A stretch of DNA of 64,000 bases from an uncultured bacterium (lineage in GTDB: Bacteria > Actinomycetota > Actinomycetes > S36-B12), in contig CAVOYT010000012.1 of the NCBI GenBank assembly GCA_963700745.1, positions 27,231 to 91,230 of the forward strand. The letters are read 5' to 3'. A program made the position numbers and the translations under genes. Below are positions 10,361 to 21,283 of the stretch, piece by piece. Each line of letters starts with the position of its first letter. The stretch's first letter is position 1. A model generated the notes under the pieces. The model made no database searches and was not told the DNA's origin. It saw only the letters and a program-made list of their open reading frames with translations.

Positions 10361-11107
10361 TTAGCCCCGCACCGCGATCACGAGAGCCGTCACGATCGGC
10401 GCGACGATCAACGCGGGGAGCAGGTCGCCGACCGGCACCTGTCGGATGTTCAGCAGACGAAGGCCGACCCCGAGGAGCAGCACGCCACCGGTCGCCGTCA
10501 ACGACGCGATCAGGGCGGCCGACATGAACGCGCCGAGCAGCGCGCCGAGCACGGTCAGCAGGCCCTGCCAGACCCCGACCGACAGGGCGGACGCGGCCAC
10601 CCCCCACCCCAGGGACGCGGCGAAGGCGAGTGAGGCGAAGCCGTCGAGGGTGGACTTCAGGGCCAGTTGCTCGATGCCCTGACCCAGACCGTCACTGAGG
10701 GAGCCGAGTACCGCCAGCGGGCCGATGCAGAAGACCAAGGACGCATCGACGAACCCCTCGACGAATCGGCCCCTCGACGCGGAGGCGTCCCCCCGGGTGA
10801 AGACGCCCTGCAGCCAGGCGCCGAAGCCCTCCAATCGGTCCTCGATGCGCAGCAGCGAGCCCGCGATCCCGCCGACGAGCAGCGCGGCCAGCACCACGAG
10901 GAGGGTGCCGCCACTCCCCACGGCTGCGACGTAGTCCTCGTCGCGAAGGGCGGCGATGTTGAGGCCGCCGATGACGAGGGTGACCAGCCCCAGGGCGTCG
11001 GTGACGGTGCGGCGAGTCCGCTCGGGAAGCCGATGCCCGATGAGAACGCCGAGCCCCGCCCCGACGAGGATGGCGGCGACGTTCAGGACCGTACCGAGCC
11101 CGCGCAT
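10361..11107 (-). CDS. DUF554-family membrane protein (YdfK/YqgA-like)
   Basis: 248-aa polytopic ORF. The N-terminus MRGLGTVLNVAAILVGAGLGVLIG is typical of the family. Confidence 0.7.
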   Translation of the reverse strand: MRGLGTVLNVAAILVGAGLGVLIGHRLPERTRRTVTDALGLVTLVIGGLNIAALRDEDYVAAVGSGGTLLVVLAALLVGGIAGSLLRIEDRLEGFGAWLQGVFTRGDASASRGRFVEGFVDASLVFCIGPLAVLGSLSDGLGQGIEQLALKSTLDGFASLAFAASLGWGVAASALSVGVWQGLLTVLGALLGAFMSAALIASLTATGGVLLLGVGLRLLNIRQVPVGDLLPALIVAPIVTALVIAVRG

Positions 11108-11146
11108 GCCACCCCCTCCAGGACAGCGCGCAGCCTAGCGACCTCG

Positions 11147-12056
11147 TCAGGGCAGCTGGTCAGGGTGCGCGATGGCGCGCCCGAGTTCCCGCTCGCGGTG
11201 CGACCACGCGCGCGTCGCATCGTCAACCTCCACCACCCGGAAGGTCAGGGAGTCACCCGACCCCAGCAGGCTGATCCGGTCGAGATCCGCCGACGCCACC
11301 ACGGCCACGACCGGGTAGCCACCGGTCACTCCCCCATCGGGACCCAGGATGATCGCGGACCCGTCAGGGGTCGCCTGGATCGCACCGGGGACGACCGGCA
11401 TGCTGGCGCTCGAACCGTGACCTGGCAGCACCGGGCCGGAGATCCGCACGCCCGAGCGGGCTACCGACGTGACCGTCCACGTCTGCGTCGTGAGGTCCGC
11501 GATCGCCGGGTGCGCCGCTGAGACGGCGCGCAGTGCCCCGGTACCCGCGGCGAGCGGACGGTGGAACGCACCGACCCTGTTCCGCGCTCGCACGTCGGCC
11601 GTGCCGACGAGTACCGAGCCCGCCGCGAGGAGGCCGCCCCCGAGCCGGGAGAAGGTGTCCGTGGCCGCCGACCCCAGTACCCGCGGCGGGGTCCAGCCGG
11701 AGATCACCAGGTAGAGCGGCCCCGAGCCGTGGGGTGTCGACCGTGACCCGGCTACCGGCATGCGCAAGGACGGCGGTCCCGATGGCCGCCGGTCGTTCGT
11801 CGATCTGCAGGTCGCCCGGTCCCACGACTGCCAGCACCGACTCGACGGCGACGACGATGCGCAGCTCACCGGCCAGCACCTCGATGGCCGGCCTCGTCGG
11901 ATCCGGCGCACCGGACAGCAGGGCGGTCGCGACCAGGTAGCGCTGGCGGTGGAAGGCTCCCGAGGCAGGGACCCCCACATGCGCCAACCCCGGTCGGCCG
12001 CCGTCCTGCACGGTCGCGTAGCCCGCACGCTCGACCTCCGCGACCGTCGTCGTCAT
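11147..12056 (-). CDS. pxpC: 5-oxoprolinase subunit C (biotin-dependent carboxyltransferase family, KipA-like); frame break near 11740
   Basis: N-terminus ...GYATVQDGGRPGLAHVGVPASGA (ORF 11364..12056). C-terminal part ...GPLYLVISGW...GPDGGVTGGYPVVAVV (ORF 11147..12028). ATGA overlap with pxpB. Confidence 0.8.
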
Positions 12057-12706
12057 CGGCGCTCTTCCCTGAACGCGACCTCATCGCCGGGATGCAGGGC
12101 CGTGGGATCGTGCAGAGCCTCGGCGTCGAACAACCGCATCGGACTGTGCCCGATCAGGTGCCAGCCGCCGGGCATGGCCGCCGGGTAGACCGCGCTCATG
12201 CCGGCGGCTATCGCCACGCTTCCGACCGGGACCTGATGCCGCGGGTGATCGCGCCGGGCGAGGACCGACCAGTCGAGGACCGGCAGCCCAAGGGGCACGA
12301 GGTAGGCAAAGCCTGGCGCGAAGCCCATCATCGCGACGGTCCACCGCTGTCGCTGGTGCGCCCGCACAATGTCGTCGACGCCTGTCCCCAGCGCCTCGGC
12401 GACGAAGGCAAGGTCCTCACCCGTGTAGGAGACGGGGATCGTGACGTCATTGCCGCGGCCTTCGGCCGGCTCGGCGGCGGCTTCGACATGCGCCACAGCG
12501 TTGCGAACAAGGTCACGCAGGCCAGGTGCCGGCTGCGCTGCCTCGACAAGGACCGAATCCATGCCGGCCCGAACCACGAGGTCGGGATGCCGACGCTGGA
12601 GGGAGTCCACGACCGCCGAACGAAGGCCGGCGGACGAGAGCCTGATCATGACGGCCCGATCCCCGAACCAGTCGGCAGTCACGATCCCGCTCTCGGGTCC
12701 AGTCAC
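12053..12706 (-). CDS. pxpB: 5-oxoprolinase subunit B (KipI-like)
   Basis: 217-aa intact ORF with ...MMGFAPGFAYL...GSVAIAAGMSAVYP.... Start and stop overlap the neighbouring genes. Confidence 0.85.
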   Translation of the reverse strand: MTGPESGIVTADWFGDRAVMIRLSSAGLRSAVVDSLQRRHPDLVVRAGMDSVLVEAAQPAPGLRDLVRNAVAHVEAAAEPAEGRGNDVTIPVSYTGEDLAFVAEALGTGVDDIVRAHQRQRWTVAMMGFAPGFAYLVPLGLPVLDWSVLARRDHPRHQVPVGSVAIAAGMSAVYPAAMPGGWHLIGHSPMRLFDAEALHDPTALHPGDEVAFREERR

Positions 12707-13479
12707 GCGGGGCCACCCGGGGCGACGAGGTGGACGCCGTGCGCCTCCAGCTCCCTGCGCACCTTTCGGGACATCGCCACCGCACCCGGGGTGTCGCCGT
12801 GCACGCAGACCGTCACCGCCGGCATCGCTATCACGGTGCCGTCGGCCGCGACGACGGATCCTTCGAGGGCCACCCGCAGCGCCTGGCGGGCAACGGCATC
12901 GTGGTCGTGCAGGACCGCGCCCGCGTCGTGCCGCGGGATGAGCGAACCGTCCGGCGAGTAGGCCCGGTCGGCGAACGCCTCCCCGAGGAAGGGAACGTCC
13001 CTCCGGTCGCAGGCCCGATGCAGGGCGGAGCCGGGGATCCCCATCACGGGGATTGACGCCACGCCGAGCTCGGCACCGGCCCGCACTACTCCGGAGAGGA
13101 AGGCCTCGGCCATGGCCGCGTCCGCGACGGCATCGTTGTAGAGCGCGCCGTGGGCTTTCACGTGCGCCAGGCTGACGGACCGGTGCCCGCAGGCCATGGC
13201 CACCTCAAGGACCTGCGCGCTGACGAAGACCGCCACGCTGCTGGCGTCGTGGTCGAGGGCTCGGGAACGTCTGCCGAATCCTTCGCGATCGGGGTACGAG
13301 GGATGCGCCCCGACGCGCACCCCGGCCGATGCAGCGAGCCGGACGGTCTCGTGCAGGACGGTTCCGCCGCCGGCGTGGCCACCGGCAGCAACGCTCGCAC
13401 TGGTGACGATGCCGAATAGCGCCTCGTCGTCGCCGCACTCCTCACCGACATCCGCGTTGAGATCGATCTCGACGGCCAT
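12703..13479 (-). CDS. pxpA: 5-oxoprolinase subunit A (LamB/YcsF family)
   Basis: MAVEIDLNADVGE...ASVAAGGHAGG...VKAHGALYN, the canonical LamB/YcsF pattern. Confidence 0.9.
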   Translation of the reverse strand: MAVEIDLNADVGEECGDDEALFGIVTSASVAAGGHAGGGTVLHETVRLAASAGVRVGAHPSYPDREGFGRRSRALDHDASSVAVFVSAQVLEVAMACGHRSVSLAHVKAHGALYNDAVADAAMAEAFLSGVVRAGAELGVASIPVMGIPGSALHRACDRRDVPFLGEAFADRAYSPDGSLIPRHDAGAVLHDHDAVARQALRVALEGSVVAADGTVIAMPAVTVCVHGDTPGAVAMSRKVRRELEAHGVHLVAPGGPA

Positions 13480-13516
13480 GGACCGATTCTAGGTTCGGAC
13501 AACCGGCCGACCTGGC

Positions 13517-13828
13517 CTACTTGTCCGTGTAGAAGTGCAGCAGCGTCGGCTCGCGAAGCAGGTCGGTCAGCCGACGGTTGCCGTCCACGACGTGGTCCGT
13601 CTTCATGTGGCGGTCCCAGTCGGCACGCGATCGGAACTCCTCGAGCATGTACCAGGTGGGCGCGTCGCTCTCGTCGCCATCCTCGACAACGAGATCCATG
13701 CGGACGCAGCCAGGCTCGCGACGCGTACCCGAGATGAGGGCGCGCAGTTCCCGCTCAGCCTCAACCAGCCGTTCCGGCCGAGGTCGGATGACGGCCACGA
13801 GGTAGAGGGGGCCGTCGGTCACGCCCAC
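13517..13828 (-). CDS. ABM-domain (antibiotic biosynthesis monooxygenase-like) protein
   Basis: About 100-aa ORF with the ferredoxin-like ABM pattern (YMLEEFRSRADWDRHMKTDH). The start may be the GTG at 13822, forming a GTGA overlap with the upstream stop. Confidence 0.65.
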   Translation of the reverse strand: MGVTDGPLYLVAVIRPRPERLVEAERELRALISGTRREPGCVRMDLVVEDGDESDAPTWYMLEEFRSRADWDRHMKTDHVVDGNRRLTDLLREPTLLHFYTDK

Positions 13829-16824
13829 GGCGCCTCCTCTATCGACACCGGCTTCCCGAACAGGTAACCCTGCCCCCAGTCACAGCCAAGCCCGATCAGT
13901 CTCGTCCGCTGCTCATCGGTCTCGATGCCCTCCGCCACCACGCTGAACCCGAGCTCGTGGGACACCGAGATCACCGCACTCACGATCGCCGTCTTGCGAT
14001 CGTCGATCCCGACGTCGTCTGTGAAGGACTTGTCGATCTTGACCACGTTGACTGGGAACTGCGTCAGCCAGGCCAGGCTGGAGTAGCCCGTGCCGAAGTC
14101 GTCGAGGGACACCCGCACTCCGGCATCATGCAGCAGCGCGAGCTCCTGCCCCGAGCGCGCCGGATCGTGGATGAGAGCCGTTTCCGTGACCTCGACCGAG
14201 ATCCATGCAGGCTTCACTCCAGCAATGTCGGCCTGGTCGAGCAGGAACTTGGCGAATCCCTCCTCCCGAAGCTGCGAAGGGCTGACGTTCACCGACATCG
14301 TGATCTCGCTTGCCGGCCTGCCCTCAACCTCGCCAGGTCCAGCAGTGCCCGATGCACGACCCACGCACCCATCGGGATGATCAGTCCGCTCGCCTCGGCG
14401 TGCGGGACGAACTCGACCGGGCCCATGAGGCCACCGTCACCCGCCCTCATCCGCACGAGCGCTTCCGCCCCGACCAATTCGCCGTCAGCGAGCCGCACGA
14501 TGGGCTGGTAGTGGAGGATGAGGGCGTCCGTGTCAATCGCCCGACGGAGTTCGTGCTGGACGTTGACGGCCTGCTGCACCTCGTCGTCGACCGATCGGTC
14601 ATACACCTCGACGCGGTTGCGGCCACCCTCCTTCGCCCGGTACATCGCCAGGTCCGCGCGTCGCAGGATCTCATCCGCAGAGACGTCCGGGTCGGACGTC
14701 ATCGCGATGCCGATGCTCATGGCCGGGCGGAAGACCTTCTCCTCGGAAGGGCCACGGGGCGCTGAGCCGGTCCTGCATGCGGAGCGCCACCATGACCGCG
14801 TCCGCAGTATCCGTGATGCCCTCGCCCATGGCGACGAACTCGTCGCCGCCCAACCGCGCGATGGTGTCCTCCGGTCGCAGCGCGGACTTCAGCCGCGTCG
14901 CGGTGGCGACCAGCAACTGATCCCCGACCTGGTGGCCCAGACTGTCGTTCACGTCCTTGAAGTGGTCGAGATCGCAGAAGAGGACCGTCACGAAGCCAGG
15001 GTGACGGCGAAGCCTGGCCAGGGCCGTCTCCATCCGCTCGAGCAGTGCACGCCGGTTCGGCAGGCCGGTCACGGCGTCGCGCATCGCCTGGTCTGAGAGC
15101 GCCTGCTCGGCCGCTCGTCGAGCGGTGAAGTCCTCGAACTGAGCGACGACCTCCGTGGCGCCCTCGGCGCCATGCAGCCCGGCCACGCTCATGACCACCC
15201 ACAGGGTCCGTCCGTCATCGGTGTGCATCCGCACTTCTCGCTGGCGGATCGCGGGGGCGTCGTCCACCCGGGTGTAGGCCGTGGCGGTGGTGATGACGTC
15301 CAGTGCCGTCCCGGCATCGTCGGGATGCACGTGGTCCAACAGGTCGCAGTCCTCGATGTGCCCGGGGCGGGCACCGAGCAGGGTGCACATCGCCGCATTG
15401 GCAGCGGTGACCTCTACACCGGTGCCCTCCTTGACCGCCAGTCGCACTGCCGGTGTCGGCGACTGCTCGAAGACCGCGTGCAGCAACTCGGCCTGGCTGC
15501 ACCTCGCGCTCGTTGGCCGCGCGAATGTCGGTCACGTCGTGCGCGATCCCACCGACGCCCCACGGCGTGCCGTCCGCCCGGCGAAGAGGGAATCGGGTGA
15601 CTGGTACTCGCGACGGCTCAGCCCCCACCTATCGGACAGGATCTCCTCGGACTCGGTGCGCGGCGTTCGCCTGGAGCACCCGACGGTCCTCCGCGACGTA
15701 TCGTGGCCGCAAGCTCGCTGGGCAGGACCTCATGGTCCCGACTGGTCGACCACCGAAGTCTCCTCGGACCCGAGGACCTCCTCCCATCGGTCGTTCACCA
15801 GCATGTACCGGCCCGGTGCGTCATCGTCGGCATACGACTTCGCGAAGATGATCGCGTCCGATCCGTCGACGACCTCGCGGAGCAGTCGTGCCGACGACTC
15901 GACTTCAGTCGCGCGCACGAGACGGCTGTCCCGAAGGGTCGCCAGCGCGAAGATGACCAGGGCCATGACAATGCAGAACATCTCGACGGCAAGAAGCCGG
16001 CCGATCGCTTCCACATCGGCGATGGCGAAGGCCCCCAAGCCGGCTACGGTGGCGACCGTGGCGATCCAGAACGAGACGGCAACCACGGGCGCGACCGCCT
16101 GCATCCCCAGGCGAACGGCGATCCACAGCGACCCGATGATGATGAAGTAGGGCCAGCCCACGATGCCCTGGTCGCCGGGCACCACGAGGAAGAAGACGTA
16201 CCAGACGCTGATGACGGTGTAGGTCACGGCGATGGACCACTCCAGCGCCCGCGCCCAGGTCCACGACGAAGGTCGGTGGAAGGTGATGATTGCCGGAGCC
16301 AGGACCATGAGTCCGAAGAGGTCGTCGATCACCCATGCCCCTGCCAGGTGGATGAACTCATCGTCGCTCGAGCCGTGCACCACGGACACCCCGGCCGCCA
16401 GCAGCCCCACCGGCACGGAGACGGCGAGGACCACGAGTGCGAAGGCGATCAGATCGCCGGGGTCAGCGAGTCGCCGCGCGCCGGTGCGACGCAGGAGGTA
16501 GGTGATCGCCCACACCTCAACCCCGACGAGCACGGCAATGCCCAGGCTGACGAGCGGGTTCTGGTCGCTGCCCGCGAACCGGACGAAGACACCCACGACC
16601 GCTCCCACTGCCATGGGCACGAGCAGTTGCCGGTCGACCCGCAGGGCGATGCCGACGACAAGTCCGAGCACCACACCGAGCAGGAGTTCGTTGACGACGC
16701 CGGTCAGCTCCCCCGGTGCCAGCAGCGGCAGGAAGAAGTAGGCGGCGGCCGTGCCCAGCCCGGCGGCGCTGGCCCACGCCCAGGGGAACGCGGTGGTGGC
16801 GATCGGATGGCTGCGCCTCACCAT
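13819..16824 (-). pseudogene. membrane sensor PAS-GGDEF-EAL protein (c-di-GMP turnover), about 7 frame breaks as sequenced
   Basis: ATG at 16824 with GGGAGGAGGGGG upstream. About 330-aa polytopic N-domain, then PAS pieces (PLRRADGTPWGVGGIAHDVTD). GGDEF (GLPNRR...RLGGDEFV) lies in ORF 14671..15486. EAL (ALVR...EVTE...DDFGTGYSSL...KIDKSF...VAEGIET) spans ORFs 14289..14720 and 13819..14364. Five of the breaks fall between about 15490 and 15735. Confidence 0.85.
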
Positions 16825-16941
16825 GAGCCCCCTCCTCCCCAGCACTGAGCCTAGTGTCCGATACGACGGAATGCCGGAGGAGCGAATCCGCCGGATCGAC
16901 GGCGGGACGAGTGAGACGGGACGAGTAACTAGGCTCGCGAC

Positions 16942-17418
16942 ATGACTACCGGTGGCTACACGTCCGAGGGCCTGGCCCAGCAGCTCGCCGAGCTCGAGTT
17001 GGCCTCCTTCAGCCCCGCGGAGGCCGTGGCGCTCGGCCTGATGGCGACCGACCGCGCGATCACCGATCAGCTGGCCATCGTCATCGAGGTCCACCACCTC
17101 GGCCGGCTCGCGTACCGCGCCGCCCTGCCCGGCTCGCTGCCCGATTCGGACGACTGGATCATTCGCAAGCGCCGGGTCGTCGAGCGCTTCCACGAGCCGA
17201 CGTTGTCGACCCGCGTGCGCTACGAGGAGCGGGGCACGACCTTCGAGGAGTCCACCGGACTCAGCGAGCTCGAGTACGCCGCGCACGGTGGTGGAATGCC
17301 CGTCATCGTGGCGGGCGTGGGGGTCGTCGGCGGCTTCTATGCGTCAGGGCTGCCTCAGGTGGACGACCACGAGTTCCTCGTGACCTGCCTGCGCGAGCTG
17401 AAGTCGGGCAACCCCTGA
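16942..17418 (+). CDS. UPF0303 / heme-degrading (GlcG-like) domain protein
   Basis: 158-aa intact ORF. ...AAHGGGMPVIVAGVGVVGGFYASGLPQVDDHEF is typical of UPF0303. Confidence 0.7.
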   Translation: MTTGGYTSEGLAQQLAELELASFSPAEAVALGLMATDRAITDQLAIVIEVHHLGRLAYRAALPGSLPDSDDWIIRKRRVVERFHEPTLSTRVRYEERGTTFEESTGLSELEYAAHGGGMPVIVAGVGVVGGFYASGLPQVDDHEFLVTCLRELKSGNP

Positions 17419-17434
17419 TTCGCGTCGCGAACGG

Positions 17435-18098
17435 CTACAGCGAGAAGCCGGGCGGGTTCGCCAAGTCCGGATGAGCGGCGTCGAAGGCACGGACGGCCGC
17501 CAGCGTTCGCAGCCACTCGTAGTAGACCTGCTTCGCTGACATCAGGATGATGCCCTCCTGCTCGAGCCGGCGCAGGCCGGCCTCGTCTGGCGCCGCCGGC
17601 CGAGTAGACCGCATCGCGGACGACCAGGACGCGGCGACCGCGCGCTGCCCATCCCAGGGCCGAGTGCGTGACGCAGACATCGGTCTCCATGCCGACGACG
17701 AACGATGGTGCCTCGCCCGGTCTGTCCGACGGCGGCGTCGATCAGCCGGATCATCCGCGGCACCGAACACCGACTTGTCGTACCGAACGGTGGTCGCCAG
17801 CGCTGCCGCGATCGTCGGGTCGGTCGGACCATTGGTGGCCGAGTCCTCCTCGGTCACCACCGTGGGGATGTCGAGGGCCGCGGCGACGCCGCAGATCCAG
17901 GCGGCGGTGTCGAGCCTGGCTCGCATCAGCGGACGATCGACATCGATCGCGATGCGGTCCGTAGAAGCCGTCCTGCGCGTCGATGACGACGAGGACGCAG
18001 TCGTCACGGTCGATCAGCGGCACGGCCGTCAGCCGTCCGTCACTCGCGGTGGCAGACGCCGATCGCGTGCGCTCGACCTGCTCGGCCAGCCGTGCCAC
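17435..18098 (-). pseudogene. isochorismatase-family hydrolase, about 4 frame breaks as sequenced; may be fused to the preceding PhyH gene
   Basis: Pieces in three frames: DCVLVVIDAQDGFY; RIAIDVDRPLMRARLDTAAWICGVAAALDIPTVVTEE...YDKSVFG; MIRLIDAAVGQTGRGTIV; METDVCVTHSALGWAARGRRVLVVRDAVYS; LEQEGIILMSAKQVYYEWLRT. Breaks near 17985, 17775, 17690 and 17590. The 5' limit is uncertain; GTG 18098 is one option. Confidence 0.7.
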
Positions 18099-19239
18099 GA
18101 GCGCCGCGTGATCCCAGCCCTCCGCACAGGGCCTGGCGGACGAGGTCGGCCTGGGTCGCAGGTGCCAGGCCGTCAATGGGCTGGTCGCGGTCCAGATTCG
18201 TCGGGAAGGCGTAGCCCTCAGCACTGGCCGCCACCACGTTGTCGATCTCCCGCGGATCCCAGCCCTCGGTCACGTGGGCCTTCATCAGGTCGTCGTAGAT
18301 CGCCGCCGACACGGCGGAGCGGTCGACGGTCTCCATGGCGCGACCGAACGCCGACGACACCTGGAGCAGGTTCGCCATGCGCCTGACGTCCGTCGTCCGG
18401 TTCGTGCCTGCCGCATGGAACAGGGCGGGGTTGAAGAAGACCGCGTCACCCTTGGCGAGTGGCAGCTGAACGTAGGCCTCCGCGAAGTGCGCCCGGAACT
18501 CCGGCAGGCGCCAGGCGAGGTAGCCCGGCAGGTACTTCTGCGAGTGCGGCAGGTAGAGCGTCGGACCGCTCTCGACGGGCATGTCGGTATGCGCCACGGC
18601 CCCCTGGAGGGTCAGGACGGGCGAGAGTGCGTGCGCATGCGCAGGGAACTCCTCGGCAACTCCGTTGGACTGGAAGCCCAGGTGGTAGTCACGGTGCACC
18701 GCCTGGGCCGCCCCGCCCGGGTTGACCACGTTCACCTGGGACGTGACCTGGTAGCCAGGGCCGAGCCAGGCCTGGCAGATCAGTGCGATCACGTCGTTGG
18801 CGTAGTACCGGACGAAGAGGTCGGGTGCCCGGATGGCCAGCTTCTCCAGCGCATTCCAGATCCGATCGTTGGCACCGGGTTCGCCGAAGTGGTCCCCCGC
18901 CGGTCCGCCTGCCCTGCGCTGGTCGGCGATGATCGACAGGAAGGCGTCCGTCACGGCGTCGACGACTTCGAGGTCGTCGAAGGCGCCGGGGAACACCACG
19001 ATGCCCGGCCCCTCGCTCAAGGCGGATGCGAGTTCGGACTGAAGCGCCCGGCGCGCCACGGGGTCGGCCATCGCGGCGGCGATGCCCGATCGTTCGTACA
19101 GGAGCACGTCGTCGACGACCGCCGTCGCGTGCGGATACAGCTCCGGGTCGGTGCCGACCTGCTCGATGGCCAGGAGGTCGGGCAGCGAGCAGTCAGCCTC
19201 GCTCAGCCACCCGGCGTTCAGGCTCTGCCGTCCGGTCAC
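18040..19239 (-). CDS. phytanoyl-CoA dioxygenase (PhyH) family Fe(II)/2-oxoglutarate oxygenase
   Basis: ...VHRDYHLGF...GAVAHTDMPVESGPTLYLPHSQ...AVFFNPALFHAAGTN.... GTG start with GGGAAAGGA upstream. The last 28 codons before the 18040 stop are Gly/Arg junk with low GC3. The high-GC3 frame after about 18117 runs straight into the isochorismatase domain. Confidence 0.8.
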   Translation of the reverse strand: MTGRQSLNAGWLSEADCSLPDLLAIEQVGTDPELYPHATAVVDDVLLYERSGIAAAMADPVARRALQSELASALSEGPGIVVFPGAFDDLEVVDAVTDAFLSIIADQRRAGGPAGDHFGEPGANDRIWNALEKLAIRAPDLFVRYYANDVIALICQAWLGPGYQVTSQVNVVNPGGAAQAVHRDYHLGFQSNGVAEEFPAHAHALSPVLTLQGAVAHTDMPVESGPTLYLPHSQKYLPGYLAWRLPEFRAHFAEAYVQLPLAKGDAVFFNPALFHAAGTNRTTDVRRMANLLQVSSAFGRAMETVDRSAVSAAIYDDLMKAHVTEGWDPREIDNVVAASAEGYAFPTNLDRDQPIDGLAPATQADLVRQALCGGLGSRGARGTAGRAGRAHAIGVCHRE

Positions 19240-19280
19240 GACGTCACGTCCTTTCCCTCACCCTCTTCGGGACCGGAGGA

Positions 19281-20186
19281 TCACTTGGGGGCGACCGAAC
19301 TGCCATGCACAAGGCGGGCGGCGATCTCCAGCATCCCGGACGGATCCTCACCCGGCGCGAAGAGCAGCGTGCTCGGCACCACCATTCCACGTACCCCCGG
19401 GTTCGCGAGGTTGTTCTCCCACAACTCGACCGCACCGTCGTTCATCGACTGCCCCGCGCCGACCAGTATCGGCAGTGTCGTGGCCGCCGACAGTTCCGCG
19501 AAGCCCGCAGAGGCAGGAAGGGTCAGCCAGCTGTACGACGAACGTGCGCCGATCGCGGAGGCGACGCCGACAGCGCGCACCTGCGAGGCCACCGCGGACC
19601 CGGACCTCGTGCCCTTCCCGGCAGCCCCGGACCACGATGGCTCGAGCACGACCATGACCGAGCGGCTCGCCAAGTCCGTCACCACACGGGCGCACTCCTC
19701 CAGCCGTGCCACCGACGCAGGATCCGAGGGGTCGATGCGCATCCCCACGCGCCCCCCGTCCAGCCGGCTCACGCCGATCGTCTCCGCGTCGTACCCCACG
19801 AGGCTGGTGCTCAGCACGTCGTCCTGCGAAGCGCCACCGGCGGGGGTGATCGCCCCGACCGCGAGTCGGTCGTCGAGCACTTCGAGCAGCAGCAGGTCCT
19901 CCAGCACGTCCGCGGCGCCGATGACCCCGTCCACGCCGGGGAACATCAGGGCGAGGACGAGTCGGCGCAGCAACTCGGCGCGGTCATGCAGGCTCCTCGG
20001 ATCGGCCTCCTGGTCGACGACGCCGGTCGCGGGGCCGGCTACGTCGATGAGGAGAAGCCGACCCGAGTGCCCGGACACCGATCGCCGGTGCCGGGAGATG
20101 AATCGGTTCCGGACGAGCTCAGGGAGGCGGGCGCGACTCTCCCGCAGCGACATCAGTCGTTCCGCGAACTCCTCCCGAGACGCCAC
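19281..20186 (-). CDS. (beta/alpha)8-barrel aldolase-like protein (resembles the Cgl0159 / DeoC-LacD-like family)
   Basis: 301-aa intact ORF. Family assignment is from memory of inositol-cluster proteins in Corynebacterium and is not verifiable here. Confidence 0.45.
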   Translation of the reverse strand: MASREEFAERLMSLRESRARLPELVRNRFISRHRRSVSGHSGRLLLIDVAGPATGVVDQEADPRSLHDRAELLRRLVLALMFPGVDGVIGAADVLEDLLLLEVLDDRLAVGAITPAGGASQDDVLSTSLVGYDAETIGVSRLDGGRVGMRIDPSDPASVARLEECARVVTDLASRSVMVVLEPSWSGAAGKGTRSGSAVASQVRAVGVASAIGARSSYSWLTLPASAGFAELSAATTLPILVGAGQSMNDGAVELWENNLANPGVRGMVVPSTLLFAPGEDPSGMLEIAARLVHGSSVAPK

Positions 20187-20205
20187 CGTCGACTACCGAT
20201 CGGGG

Positions 20206-21267
20206 TTAGGGCAGCGTGACGTCGCGGACGAAGGCCTCGAGCTCGGTGTTCGCACCGAGGAACTGACGCAGTGTCCGTCGGGTCGCCCCGTAGTCGGTGA
20301 AGTCCTCCACCGCCATTCCGTCCTCGTCGTACGCCTTGCGGAACTCGGCGAAGTTGTCGTAGAGATCCTCGACGATACGCGGGTCGACCGGGTCGTCGAG
20401 GCGGTGCGTGGGCTCGATGCGACTGGCATTGATCCGCTTCTGCCATCCGAACGGGGGTGAGATGACCACGTTCCCGCCGATGAACTGACTCCAGTGCATG
20501 TGGTTGCGGAAGGCCGCCGAGAGCAGTCGCGTCCGGTAGCCGCGCTCCTGGTAGATGCTGTAGGCCTTCTTGAAGACCGCCACGCCGGCCCATTCCGTGA
20601 TTCCCGGATCGACAGTGATCTGGTCGCGCTCGGCGGACACGCGCATCCAGTCATCGGTCCGGCCGACCATGATGGTGCACACCGGCCCCATCGTGCTGAT
20701 GTCCAGGCCCTCGGCCTCCCGGCGCCGCAGGCCCCGCTCCACCGCCTCCGCGACGGCAATCGCCTGCGGCACGGTGAAGGAGACCGTGGCGTTGATGCTC
20801 ACCCCGCGATAGGTGACCTCCTCGAAGGCGTCGACCCCGGCAGCGGTGACTGGGATCTTCACGATCATGTTGGGCGCCAGTGAGCTGAACTCGACCGCCT
20901 GCTCGATGAGGGACGGGGTATCCCGGTAGAAGCGCGGATCGGTCTGGATCGACAGTCGCCCGTTCACCCCGGCATAGCGCTCGAACGCCGGCTCGAGGAG
21001 GGCTGCCGCCTCGACGGACAGCCGCTTGACCATGGCCCAGCCGATCTCGTCCTCCGTCGCCGTCGGATGCTCGGCCGCGAAGTCCCGGATCCGGCCCTGC
21101 CAGGTCGGGGCGTCGGCCTTCAGCGCCGCCAGCGCGATCACCGGGTTGCATGTCGCCCCCACGGCACCCCAGCCGATCGCCTGCGAGAGCTCGATCGGAT
21201 CTGCGGAGTCGTTCCACAGGCAGGTCGGCGTCGTCTGCGTCATGCGCAGCAGGGGTGACTCGGACAT
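20206..21267 (-). CDS. transaldolase-family protein
   Basis: ...TPTCLWNDSAD...GATCNPV...RLSIQTDP...MIVKIPVTAAG...INATVSFT.... ATG at 21267 with GGAG upstream. The track ORF start at 21405 overlaps mmsA and is unlikely. Confidence 0.8.
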   Translation of the reverse strand: MSESPLLRMTQTTPTCLWNDSADPIELSQAIGWGAVGATCNPVIALAALKADAPTWQGRIRDFAAEHPTATEDEIGWAMVKRLSVEAAALLEPAFERYAGVNGRLSIQTDPRFYRDTPSLIEQAVEFSSLAPNMIVKIPVTAAGVDAFEEVTYRGVSINATVSFTVPQAIAVAEAVERGLRRREAEGLDISTMGPVCTIMVGRTDDWMRVSAERDQITVDPGITEWAGVAVFKKAYSIYQERGYRTRLLSAAFRNHMHWSQFIGGNVVISPPFGWQKRINASRIEPTHRLDDPVDPRIVEDLYDNFAEFRKAYDEDGMAVEDFTDYGATRRTLRQFLGANTELEAFVRDVTLP

Positions 21268-21283
21268 CAATATCTCCGTGGGA

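Noticed and set aside
16825-17286. N-terminal 154 codons of track ORF 15730..17286
   Set aside because: This part is antisense to the intact UPF0303 gene and looks like junk. The real start is ATG 16824, which has a strong Shine-Dalgarno sequence.
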